Positions 28,637-37,710 of a stretch of DNA of 64,000 bases are shown here, piece by piece; position 1 is the first letter of the stretch; each line of letters starts with the position of its first letter. The position numbers and the translations under genes were made by a program. The DNA lies in contig OZ220732.1 in assembly GCA_965116905.1 (NCBI GenBank), forward strand, positions 1,376,001 to 1,440,000, given 5' to 3'. Origin of the DNA: Longimicrobiales bacterium. Its GTDB lineage: Bacteria > Gemmatimonadota > Gemmatimonadetes > Longimicrobiales > Gaopeijiaceae. The notes under the pieces are model-generated. The model saw nothing but the letters and a program-made list of their open reading frames with translations, was not told where the DNA came from and did no database searches.

Positions 28637-29899
28637 ATGCTCGACCTCCAACTATGCTCAAGGGGGCCCGCAAATCCAGCGCCCGCCCGTTTCGCGCCGC
28701 TGTTCGCGGCCGTCCTCCATGTGGCCGTCTTCCACGCGGCCGCGGCCTGCCAGGACGGTGCGCTGCAGAACCTCCCCGCTTCGCAAGTCCGGGACAGCAC
28801 CGGTATCCGAATTGTCGAGAACGCCCGCCCCGCCGACGATTCGCGATTGCCCTGGCGAATCGGCCGAGAGCCCTCGGTGTCGATCGGCGAAGTGACCGGT
28901 GAGGAAGCGTACATGCTGCACCGGGTGGACGACGCCGTGATGCTGCCGGACGGCCGTATCGTCGTCGCGAACACCGGGACAAGCGAGATCCGCGTTTTCG
29001 ATGCTTCCGGGATGCACCAGGCGACCTGGGGCCGGGAGGGAGGGGGGCCCGGGGAATTCACGGCTCTCGCCGGCGTGGCCCCCTGGCCGGGCGACTCCAT
29101 AGTCGCGTGGGACACGCGGACCGATGCCATCGCCGTCTTCGACTCGGTAGGAGCGTTGGGGCGCTCGTTTGTTCTCGAGGCGGAGGGTCGCCCCGCCGAG
29201 CCCCGGATGCCCATGAACGACGGCACGATTCTGGGGCGGATCGTGGATGCCGGGAGCGGCCCGGGCTACAGGCGCGAGCAGATCACGCACGAAGTGCGCG
29301 ATTCCGACGGACGCATGCTCGTCTCGCTGGGGGAGCACGCCGGGCGCGAGTCCTTCATCAACATGGACGGCCGCATGGCGGTGTTCGGCCTGCTGCCGTT
29401 CAGCCGCTCGCTGCACGAGGCGCTTTGGGGCGAGATGGTCATCCTCGCTCCGGACGATCACTACGAGATCCGTGCCTACGACCGGACGACCGGACGACTC
29501 GCGCGCATCGTTCGCCGCGACTACGCCAATCGTGCACCGACGCGCGAAGAGGTCGACCGGGCGATCGACGACGCCCTGGAACGGACCAACCTGAGCGGCG
29601 ATCGCCTCGAATGGACGCGCGAGGGCTACAAGGACATGCCGCTGGTGGAGGGCTTCCCGGCGTTTCGGTCACTCCTGGTCGATGTGCTGGACCATCTCTG
29701 GGTGCGGGAAGCGACCCTTCCGGGCATGGACAGGCCCGCACCCTTGTGGACGGTCTTCAACGCAGAAGGGCGGGTCCTGGGGTTCATTGAGACGCCCGAG
29801 GGGCTGACGGTGCTCGAGATCGGCGCCGACTACATCCTGGGGCAGGCCGCCGATGACCTGGGGGTCGAGTCGGTGCAGGTGTGGCCGCTGGAGCGGTAG
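28637..29899 (+). CDS. Lipoprotein 6-bladed beta-propeller protein, paralog 5
   Basis: AAAAC lipobox-like, RDSTGIRIVEN, WGREGGGPGEF, EIGADYILG...DDLGVESVQVW. Confidence 0.85.
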   Translation: MLDLQLCSRGPANPAPARFAPLFAAVLHVAVFHAAAACQDGALQNLPASQVRDSTGIRIVENARPADDSRLPWRIGREPSVSIGEVTGEEAYMLHRVDDAVMLPDGRIVVANTGTSEIRVFDASGMHQATWGREGGGPGEFTALAGVAPWPGDSIVAWDTRTDAIAVFDSVGALGRSFVLEAEGRPAEPRMPMNDGTILGRIVDAGSGPGYRREQITHEVRDSDGRMLVSLGEHAGRESFINMDGRMAVFGLLPFSRSLHEALWGEMVILAPDDHYEIRAYDRTTGRLARIVRRDYANRAPTREEVDRAIDDALERTNLSGDRLEWTREGYKDMPLVEGFPAFRSLLVDVLDHLWVREATLPGMDRPAPLWTVFNAEGRVLGFIETPEGLTVLEIGADYILGQAADDLGVESVQVWPLER

Positions 29900-29905
29900 C
29901 GGGTG

Positions 29906-31279
29906 TCACCACTCCAACACGGGCAACACGTCCTCCTGTAGCCGCCACATCTCGTTGATGAGGCTCACTGCCTGGCGGTAGGACTCGGTGGTGGGGTCCA
30001 GGAGCAGGGCCTGAAGCAGGGGGCGGCGGGAGCCGGATTTGAATGCGTCCACCAGCAGCCGAGTGATGCTGGTCTGCGTGCGGAGCAGTGCGAGGATGCC
30101 CTCGGGGAGTGGTTGCATGGTGAGCGGGTGAAGACCGGATCCGTCGACGGTCGCGGGGACTTCGACCACGGCGCCGTCGGGCAGGCCGGGAACGTACCCG
30201 GCGTTGGGGACATTGACCGCGTCAAGATGATGTTCGACGCCACGCAGGACCCCTTCCAGCAACGGTGCGGCGAGTTCGCCGGAAGGCTCCAGGGGCGCCT
30301 GCTCGGCCTCGCCCGCCCGCTCCTCCCGGCTTCCGCGCGCCCGCTCTCGCCGCGTGTCTGGAAACAGCGGTGTTTCGGTGGGATTGTCCCCGAGGTTGTA
30401 GATCCACGTGGGGACTTCGCCGGTGTCCCAGGGATGGCCCTCGGTGGGGTCGTAAAAGAACTGGAGCGTGCTGCTGGCCAGGAATTCGCCCGCCCAGCGG
30501 ATGTATTCGCCGATGTGGTTGGCGCCGGGGCTCGGGAAGCGTCCGAAGACGCGAAAGAGCGTGCGGCTGAGCGCGATCTCATCCCAGTCGTGCAGCCAGT
30601 CAGCGGCGCGCTCCCGGGCGATTAGGCGCGGGTACAGGTCCTCGCCCGTCTCGCGATCACGTACGGATTCGAACCAGGCGAAGTGGTTCAGCCCACTGGC
30701 GCGTGCGTCGAGGCGGCCGGGCGGCAGGTCGAGAAGCCGGGCCATCTGTTCGATCCCGTGGAAGACGCCGTGGCAGAGCCCGACGACGCGGACGTCGGTC
30801 AGGCGGCTCACCGATTCGCTCAGCCTGGTGAGCGGGTTGGTGTAGTTGACGAGCCATGCGTCGGGACAATGCCGCTCCATGGCACGGGCGACCTCGAGGG
30901 TCGGACCCATATTCCGTAGAGCGTGGAAGAGTCCGCCGGGTCCGCCGTTCTCGCCGTAGATCTGGCGGAAGCCGAAGCTCCGGGGAACGTGGAAGTCCTG
31001 TGCCCAGTAGAAGTAGCGGTTGATCTCGATGGAGAGGACGACGGCGTCGGCACTGGGAAGGGCGTCTGCCACGCGGGTCGAGGCGGACACGGTGGCAGAG
31101 CGGCCCAGGCGGTCAGCGACGGCTTCGGCGTAGGCCTGGGCGCGGGGGAGGCCGGACGGGTCGATGTCCACCAGCGCGATCTCGATGCCTCCATTGCAGA
31201 GGGCGTCGCTGAGAAGGATGTCGCGGGTGGACGCGGGGCCGAATTCGCGGCTGCCCGCGCCGACGAGGACGATCTTCAT
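29906..31279 (-). CDS. Glycoside hydrolase family 4 (NAD+/Mn2+-dependent alpha-galactosidase/glucosidase-like)
   Basis: MKIVLVGAGS, GENGGPGG, NYTNP, GLCHG, GLNHF; ATGA overlap with the SSS gene fixes the start at 31279. Confidence 0.9.
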   Translation of the reverse strand: MKIVLVGAGSREFGPASTRDILLSDALCNGGIEIALVDIDPSGLPRAQAYAEAVADRLGRSATVSASTRVADALPSADAVVLSIEINRYFYWAQDFHVPRSFGFRQIYGENGGPGGLFHALRNMGPTLEVARAMERHCPDAWLVNYTNPLTRLSESVSRLTDVRVVGLCHGVFHGIEQMARLLDLPPGRLDARASGLNHFAWFESVRDRETGEDLYPRLIARERAADWLHDWDEIALSRTLFRVFGRFPSPGANHIGEYIRWAGEFLASSTLQFFYDPTEGHPWDTGEVPTWIYNLGDNPTETPLFPDTRRERARGSREERAGEAEQAPLEPSGELAAPLLEGVLRGVEHHLDAVNVPNAGYVPGLPDGAVVEVPATVDGSGLHPLTMQPLPEGILALLRTQTSITRLLVDAFKSGSRRPLLQALLLDPTTESYRQAVSLINEMWRLQEDVLPVLEW

Positions 31280-33093
31280 GGGGCGGGGGAGGGTGGGTGG
31301 GGAGCCGTGTCGCGGTCTGCGAGCCTCACGGTTGCGACCGCGGCAGCCATGGACACGCCCAGCAGCAGGAGGCCGACTCCGGCCCGCCCGGTGAGCATGC
31401 AACCGATCCCGAGCAGACTGCCGTAGACGAACAGCCCGCCGAGGACGAAGCCGGTCCACATGCGGGAAGCGGGGGGATCCGACGACACCACGCCGGTTCG
31501 GGCGGCTACGGGTGCCCACCATCCGCCGGGTCGCACGCGGCGATGGAAGCGATCGAGGACATCGTCCCTTTCGGGGCTTGTGAAACGAATCACAATCAGC
31601 CAGAGCAGTGTGCAGGTGACCAGGATGACTACGGCGCGTACGAGGTCCATCTCGGGGGCGTAGAAGGCATTCGCCATCTCCAGCAATGACGCGGGCATGG
31701 GAATGGCGCTTTGTGCCGCGCTGAGCAGCAGCCGGCCGTTGGCCAGGACGATCGAACCCGCCATGGCCGCAATCTCGGCCCACGCGTTCACCCGCCACCA
31801 GTACCACCGGAGCAGCCATACGATCGCCACGCCCGCCGTCAGCTCGATGATGTAGATCCACCCCCGCTGGATCGACTCCATCTGCCAGGCGACGAGAGCC
31901 GCGAGCACCGCCAGTCCTACCACCGCCACCCGCGACGCGGTCACGTAATGGCGTTCGGCCGCGTCGCGTTTCACGAATCGGCGGTACACGTCGTTAACCA
32001 TGTACGAGGCGCCCCAGCACAGGTGCGTGTCCATCGTGCTCATGAAGGCGGCCAGGAAGGTCGCGACCATCAGCCCGCGCAGTCCCACGGGCATGAGCTC
32101 GCGGATCATCATGGGGTAGGCGAGTTCGGGGTCGGCCATGAGCGCCGGGTCGGCACCGGGACCCGCCGGGAACACCAGCAGCGACCCCAGGCCGGCCACG
32201 ATCCACGGCCACGTCAGCAGCACCGTTCCCGCAAACGCGAACCAGAGCGACGCCATCACGGACTGCCGCTCGTCGCGGGTGGCGAACAGGCGTTGCGCGA
32301 CATACCCGTCGCCCTGCCCGCTCCTCATCCACAGGATCAGGATCAGGCAGAGGAAGGACAGGAATTCCAGCGACGAGGCGCCGTTGGCGCTCGGCACCAG
32401 GTCGAGCGCGCCCGCGGGCGCGGCCGGGGCCTCACGGACGGCCGCCGCCATCGCGGCCGGGCCGCCGAACCGAGCCAGCACGATCCCCGCAAGCGTGATC
32501 GACCCCAGCATCCCGGCCACAAACTGCACCACGTCGGTCACCACGACGCCCCAGAGGCCCGACGCCACCGTGTACACCAGGGCGAGGCCGACACACACCG
32601 TGAGGGTGAGCGCGGCGTCCCATCCGAGCAGCACCTCGGCGAACTTGACCATGGCCAGCATCACCCAACCCATGACGACGGCGTTCTTGAGCAGTCCCTG
32701 GTAGATGGCCGAGAAGCCGCGCAGAATCCGAGCCGGGGCGCCACCGTAGCGCAGCTCGATCATCTCGGCGTCGGTGAGGATCCCGGCGCGCCGCCACAGC
32801 CGCGCATAGAAAAAGGTCAGCATCAGGATGCCGGCAGCCTCGTACCACCACAGCCAGTTGCCGAAGACCCCCTGCCGCCGGACGAGCGCGGCGGTGGCGA
32901 GCGGCGCGTCGCTGGCGAACCACGTGGCCGCGATCGATGTGCCGGCGATCCACCAGGGCAGGGACCGGCCGGCGACGAAAAAGTCCTCGACGCTGCGCCC
33001 TGCTCGCCGTGCGAGACGCAAGCCGATGGTGAGGGTCAGCGCGCCGTATGCGGCGACAACGATCCAGTCAATGGCCGTAAGGGTCACGGCCAC
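31276..33093 (-). CDS. Sodium:solute symporter (SSS) family transporter
   Basis: FFVAGRSLPWWIAGTSIAATWFASD, YTVASGLWGVVVTDVVQ, AAFMSTMDT; many transmembrane helices. Confidence 0.9.
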   Translation of the reverse strand: MAVTLTAIDWIVVAAYGALTLTIGLRLARRAGRSVEDFFVAGRSLPWWIAGTSIAATWFASDAPLATAALVRRQGVFGNWLWWYEAAGILMLTFFYARLWRRAGILTDAEMIELRYGGAPARILRGFSAIYQGLLKNAVVMGWVMLAMVKFAEVLLGWDAALTLTVCVGLALVYTVASGLWGVVVTDVVQFVAGMLGSITLAGIVLARFGGPAAMAAAVREAPAAPAGALDLVPSANGASSLEFLSFLCLILILWMRSGQGDGYVAQRLFATRDERQSVMASLWFAFAGTVLLTWPWIVAGLGSLLVFPAGPGADPALMADPELAYPMMIRELMPVGLRGLMVATFLAAFMSTMDTHLCWGASYMVNDVYRRFVKRDAAERHYVTASRVAVVGLAVLAALVAWQMESIQRGWIYIIELTAGVAIVWLLRWYWWRVNAWAEIAAMAGSIVLANGRLLLSAAQSAIPMPASLLEMANAFYAPEMDLVRAVVILVTCTLLWLIVIRFTSPERDDVLDRFHRRVRPGGWWAPVAARTGVVSSDPPASRMWTGFVLGGLFVYGSLLGIGCMLTGRAGVGLLLLGVSMAAAVATVRLADRDTAPHPPSPAP

Positions 33094-35915
33094 AGCACAT
33101 TGGACAGGATGCGATAGGCGCCGGGCACGCCGTAGGGCAACTGGCGGTGCAGTGCCAGTGCCAGGTAGCTGTAGCGGCCTTTCCCGACTTCAGCGGCGAG
33201 CCAGACTCCGCGCTGTGGCTCCTGACCGGTGTCGTGCGTCTCGACGAGGGGCGTGTAGGCCGGATCCCACTCGGTGAAGAACTTGGATCCGCGTTGTTCC
33301 AGCCAGCCGTCGAAGTCGGCCTCCGAGATGCGGTTCGGAGCCGAAAGCAGTGGATGGGACGGGTCGAGCAGGCGCACCGGTGCGTCTTCCTCCGAGACCT
33401 CTTCGGCACCGCGGGGCAGGGAGGCACGATACGGCGCCATCACGGACGGCACGAACTCCTGGGTCTGGTACAGAACGACCAGGTTGCCGCCGCGGCGTGC
33501 GTAATCCAGCAGCCGCTGGTTGTTCTCGACCAGATCGCGGCGAACTGCGTACGCGCGCGTGCCCACGACGATTGCGTCGTACTGGTCGAGTTCGCCGCCG
33601 GTCAGGGCCGCCTCGTCCAGCAGGGTCACGGTTGCGCCGAGGGCCTCGATCGCTGCCGGCACCTCGTCCCCCACGCCCATTGCGTAGCCCACCGAAAGGC
33701 CATCCAGAGCAGCGACATCGACCGAACGGACCAGGGTCCGAGCCGGGACACTGAGCCGCGCGAGCGGCAGATCACGGTGGTCGATGACCTGGTAGCCGGA
33801 GCGGTACTCCGGTGGGACGACGGTCTGCACGTCCGGGCGAGCGTCGACTGCCGGGCGTCCCTCGTCCGCGCCGGCCACGACCCGCGCGACGGCTTCGATC
33901 ACCGCGTCACCGCTCCAGTCGGCCGGAGGTTGGATCGTGATTGAAGTCTCGACAGCCTCTCCGCGGCTACGGAAGTCGTGCCGAATCGAAGAAGGCGCCG
34001 CTGTCCAGCCTGCGGGAAGCTCGAGCTCGGCCTCGGCGGAGACATCCGGCGCATTGGCTTCCAGGCGGACGAGGACCTCGACTGGTTCGGCGCGTGCCAC
34101 ATCACCGCCCCGGACACGTGCCGGCACCACACGCACCGTCGGGGTCACACCCACGGACAGCGCCGGCAGCACCTCAATACGCCGCCCCACGGATCCGTAC
34201 GGCAGCTGCGGGACCGATCCCGTCACGGGTACGGTCCTGGCCAGGGTCGCTCCCATTCCCTCCAGGTCCATGACGGCGCGGAGGCCTGTCACGCGCCATG
34301 GCAGGTGCAGGTTGGCCGAGTCTTGTACCTCGTAGTGGTTCTCGGCCAGCCCGTTCCGCGAGAAGTAGGGACCGGCGAGTGTATGTTCCGTGGGAATCCG
34401 GATTGACAACATGTTTTCAAACGCATGCGCGGTTCCAGTCGGCTGATCCGAGACACCCGCGACCGTACCGCCGCGGCAGGTTGCTCTGATCCGCTCCCAG
34501 CGGATTGTCATCGCGTTCGCGGTCTCGCGGCCGTGAACGATCCCGATGTAGTGCGCTCTCTCCCAGCCCGGCAATGTGCTCTCAATCCTCACGGCAACAT
34601 CCACTTCCTCGCCCGGCGAGACCACGACACCGCCGATGTCCAGCTCTGCTTGAACGTCCACCCCTGCCGCGGCGAAGATGGCATCCTCGAATTGCCGCCG
34701 CTTCACCGCCAGGTGAAAACTCGTCTCTGGCGTCAGCGGTACCCTGGCGGTCACATCACGGAGGAGGTCGTATCCACACAGCAGCTCCGGCACCGATCTC
34801 TCCGGCGCGTTGAAGTCGAAGTCCTCCAAGACGCGCTGAACGATGCCGTGGAGCTCTGCGAGCATCTCGGTGATGCCGTCCCCCGCCTCTTCACCGAGTA
34901 GCCCGGGCAGACCCGCAAGACTCGTGTCGAGACCTGCGAAGAAGTTGTCCGCGACCTCGGGCGCGACCTCGGGCACGACCTTGGGCGCCACCGCGTCCTC
35001 CATCTCTTCCGCCTCGGGTGTCCCCAGCTGCTCGTACCGGTACACCCGCCCGACGCCCGTTCGCACGCGGCCGGACGTCTGCGACCGCTGCAGGCTCAGA
35101 CCCAGGCTCGCCCACTCCTGATACGACATCCCCAGCAGCGGGCTGTACGCGTCCCCTACCGCCACGTGATGGGGCTCGTCCACCCGCAGGCCACCGCGGA
35201 ACACCCTGAGCACCCGCCACGGCCGCAGCCCCTCGCGCGTGATCTGCTCCGGGAAGCGGCCGGGGTCGGCAGCCGCGGCAACGGCTTCCGGAGTCAGCAA
35301 CCCAGCCGCGTGATGGTGCCCGTGGCCGTCGCGCCGGGATCCGTGAAAGCGCGACACAGCCACGAGCGGTCGGTTCAGGCGGATCACCCGCACCATGTCT
35401 TCCAGCACGGCTTCCCGGTCCCAGCTGCGGAACGCCTCTTCGACCGACTTCGAGTAGCCGTAGTCGACCGCGGTGGTGAAGTACAGGTCGTCGAGGCCGT
35501 AGTAGCGGCCCGAAAGAACCAGTTCGCGGGTGCGGATCAGCCCGAGGGCGTCGAAGAGTTCAGGCCCGATCGCGTTGGCGCCGGCTTCGCCGCGGTTCAG
35601 GCTGAGCAGCGCGGTGCGCGCGCCCCAGCCCCGGCTGGCCAGGGCGAGCATGCCCGAGTGCTCGTCGTCGGGGTGAGCCGTGACGTGCAGAATGCTGGCG
35701 GTGGTCGTCAGCTTCCGGATGCGGTGCCACACGCCCGCAGCGCCGCGGTCGGCCTGCAGTTCTTCGCCGGGGATCGGGGCGGGGAAGGCGAGGACGCGGT
35801 CGAGGGTGGGCGTGGACTGGGCGGACGCCGACTGCGACTGCGGGGACGCCGCGGCGGAGCCAAGTGCCAGCGTGCCCGTGAGCACGATGGCCGCGGCGAA
35901 CGTCCGGGAAGCCAT
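33084..35915 (-). CDS. Exported PIG-L family deacetylase with C-terminal NEW3/Ig-like and class-I-glutamine-amidotransferase-like domains
   Basis: Signal peptide, AHPDDE, GLIRTREL, DYGYSKS, HGHH; C-terminal GYAMGVGDEVP, YDAIVVGTRAY, DFDGWLEQRG. Confidence 0.85.
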   Translation of the reverse strand: MASRTFAAAIVLTGTLALGSAAASPQSQSASAQSTPTLDRVLAFPAPIPGEELQADRGAAGVWHRIRKLTTTASILHVTAHPDDEHSGMLALASRGWGARTALLSLNRGEAGANAIGPELFDALGLIRTRELVLSGRYYGLDDLYFTTAVDYGYSKSVEEAFRSWDREAVLEDMVRVIRLNRPLVAVSRFHGSRRDGHGHHHAAGLLTPEAVAAAADPGRFPEQITREGLRPWRVLRVFRGGLRVDEPHHVAVGDAYSPLLGMSYQEWASLGLSLQRSQTSGRVRTGVGRVYRYEQLGTPEAEEMEDAVAPKVVPEVAPEVADNFFAGLDTSLAGLPGLLGEEAGDGITEMLAELHGIVQRVLEDFDFNAPERSVPELLCGYDLLRDVTARVPLTPETSFHLAVKRRQFEDAIFAAAGVDVQAELDIGGVVVSPGEEVDVAVRIESTLPGWERAHYIGIVHGRETANAMTIRWERIRATCRGGTVAGVSDQPTGTAHAFENMLSIRIPTEHTLAGPYFSRNGLAENHYEVQDSANLHLPWRVTGLRAVMDLEGMGATLARTVPVTGSVPQLPYGSVGRRIEVLPALSVGVTPTVRVVPARVRGGDVARAEPVEVLVRLEANAPDVSAEAELELPAGWTAAPSSIRHDFRSRGEAVETSITIQPPADWSGDAVIEAVARVVAGADEGRPAVDARPDVQTVVPPEYRSGYQVIDHRDLPLARLSVPARTLVRSVDVAALDGLSVGYAMGVGDEVPAAIEALGATVTLLDEAALTGGELDQYDAIVVGTRAYAVRRDLVENNQRLLDYARRGGNLVVLYQTQEFVPSVMAPYRASLPRGAEEVSEEDAPVRLLDPSHPLLSAPNRISEADFDGWLEQRGSKFFTEWDPAYTPLVETHDTGQEPQRGVWLAAEVGKGRYSYLALALHRQLPYGVPGAYRILSNVLWP

Positions 35916-35922
35916 TCTCGGC

Positions 35923-36273
35923 CTATCGCCGCACCATGCCGCCCAGCGGTCGCCCGCCCATGAGGTGCAGGTGGAGGTGGTAGACTTCCTGCCCCCCGTG
36001 GTCCCGGCAGTTGATCATGACGCGGTAGCCGTCGTCCGCGATCCCCTCGTTCTCGGCGATACCGGCGGCCACCCGGAGCATGCGGCCCAGCACCGCCTCG
36101 TCGTCCGCGGACACGTCCGCAAGTGTGGGGATCGCCCGGTTCGGCACGATCAGGACGTGTGTGGGCGTAAGCGGACGGATGTCGCGAAAGGCGGTGACCA
36201 GATCGTCCCGGTAGACGATGTCCGCCGGGATCTCGCCCCGCACGATCTTCGAGAATATGGTGTCTTCGGCCAT
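35923..36273 (-). CDS. hinT: Histidine triad (HIT) nucleotide-binding protein
   Basis: [35 protein letters not shown]. Confidence 0.92.
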   Translation of the reverse strand: MAEDTIFSKIVRGEIPADIVYRDDLVTAFRDIRPLTPTHVLIVPNRAIPTLADVSADDEAVLGRMLRVAAGIAENEGIADDGYRVMINCRDHGGQEVYHLHLHLMGGRPLGGMVRR

Positions 36274-36333
36274 GTCCGTCTATCGTAGCATTCTGGGGAA
36301 TCGGAGCAAGAGGAGGGTGGTTCGGGGGCTATT

Positions 36334-37614
36334 ATGTCAACTGTGCTTGACTTATTGCGCGCTCCTGGACTTCGCTCGGCGTTGCGCCGACGCCGCTGGG
36401 TGCCGCTCGTCTCTCTCGTTGCCGCGCTCGCGATTTCTGCTTGCGAACCCGACAGCGCCATGCAAATGGACGCGGCCGAACCCTGGCAAACGGAGCCTGA
36501 GTACGAGATAGGCGTCCTGGTCGAGGGGAACGCGACGTTCGAGCGGGTGACCGGACTGCGTGTCGGCGGCGGCGGGACGCGCCTCTACGTGCTGGATCCG
36601 GGCCGGGAGCGGCTCACCGTGTGGTCTCCGGAGGGTGTCGAGCTGCTCGAAATGGCGTGGGCAGGTGAGGAGGAAGGCGAGCTCGGTTCGCCCGACCGTA
36701 TCGAGTTGCGCGACGGGGGATTTCAACTGCGGGACGGCAACTCATTCGTGGTTTTCGCCGAGGACGGACAGCATCGGGAAACCGTGTCCCTGCCCCCGGC
36801 CGTGGGCTTCAACCGCTTCCGGCTCAGACCGGAGCTGATGTTGCCGGACGGGGCGTTCGTGGTGTCGCTCAGGATTCCCGATGGCGTACGGGCGGGCTGG
36901 TTTGAGGAAGATCCGATCGTGGAGGCTCCCGTCCTTCGGCTTGAGCAGGTCGAGGGCCAATGGGAGTTCGACTCGCTGGCCGTGCTCGACATCCGGAACC
37001 GGGATCTGGATCTTCGGCCGAGTGAGAGCGGTTTCGGATGGTCTCTGCACACGGCACAGCCCTACGGCGACGCGGATGAGATCGACTTCCTGCCGGCTTC
37101 AGGCACGATGGTGGTGACGCGAGACAGCCGGTCCGACCCCGGACTGGTTTACCTGCACCAGATCGCTGCCGGCGGCGACACGGTCTGGTCGGGAAGCCTG
37201 CGGTTCGAGGCGGCTCCGCTGTTGCCCGATGACGCCGCGGAGGCATTGGCCGCGGAAGCGCGGGCCGTCGCCGGGACGCTCGGGTCGCTTTCCCTCGATG
37301 AGGCTGCGGCCCTGGTGGAGCAGGTCCTGTACGTACCCGACCACTATCCGGCCGTCATGGACACCGAAGTCATGTCCAACGGGGAACTGTGGATCAGGAA
37401 CCACGAAGAGCCGGGCGACACGCTGGACGTCTGGTACGCCGTGCGGATTGGCGGGGGAAGCACTGCGCCACGACGGACGCCGCGGCGCATCCTGGTACCG
37501 TGGTCCTTCTACCCCTTCGATACGACGGACACACACGTGTGGGGCATTCAGCTCGATCCCGAGACCGGGGGGCAATACGTGGTCGGCAGGAGACTGGTTC
37601 GCGGCAGCGGCTGA
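36334..37614 (+). CDS. Divergent lipoprotein beta-propeller protein (paralog 6); start uncertain
   Basis: Lipobox AISAC, PEYEIG, LYVLD, degenerate AGEEEGELG in place of GEGPGEF, C-terminal HVWGIQLD. Confidence 0.6.
   Translation: MSTVLDLLRAPGLRSALRRRRWVPLVSLVAALAISACEPDSAMQMDAAEPWQTEPEYEIGVLVEGNATFERVTGLRVGGGGTRLYVLDPGRERLTVWSPEGVELLEMAWAGEEEGELGSPDRIELRDGGFQLRDGNSFVVFAEDGQHRETVSLPPAVGFNRFRLRPELMLPDGAFVVSLRIPDGVRAGWFEEDPIVEAPVLRLEQVEGQWEFDSLAVLDIRNRDLDLRPSESGFGWSLHTAQPYGDADEIDFLPASGTMVVTRDSRSDPGLVYLHQIAAGGDTVWSGSLRFEAAPLLPDDAAEALAAEARAVAGTLGSLSLDEAAALVEQVLYVPDHYPAVMDTEVMSNGELWIRNHEEPGDTLDVWYAVRIGGGSTAPRRTPRRILVPWSFYPFDTTDTHVWGIQLDPETGGQYVVGRRLVRGSG
36335..36355. repeat. Half copy of the 39-bp element (copy 4)
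   Basis: TGTCAA-CTGTGC-TTGACT-TAT; the second unit is degenerate. Confidence 0.45.
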
Positions 37615-37710
37615 TTTCCCGGCGCCGCACACCTTGAGAGGTTGGGACGTGCGCAGTATTCCTTTCCGTTGAGGAAGTGTACTCGCAGTAACAGGAATGG
37701 GAGGTATTTC

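Noticed and set aside
37655..37700. Imperfect inverted repeats (TTCCT...AGGAA) upstream of the amidohydrolase
   Set aside because: Too short and degenerate to distinguish from ordinary promoter sequence.
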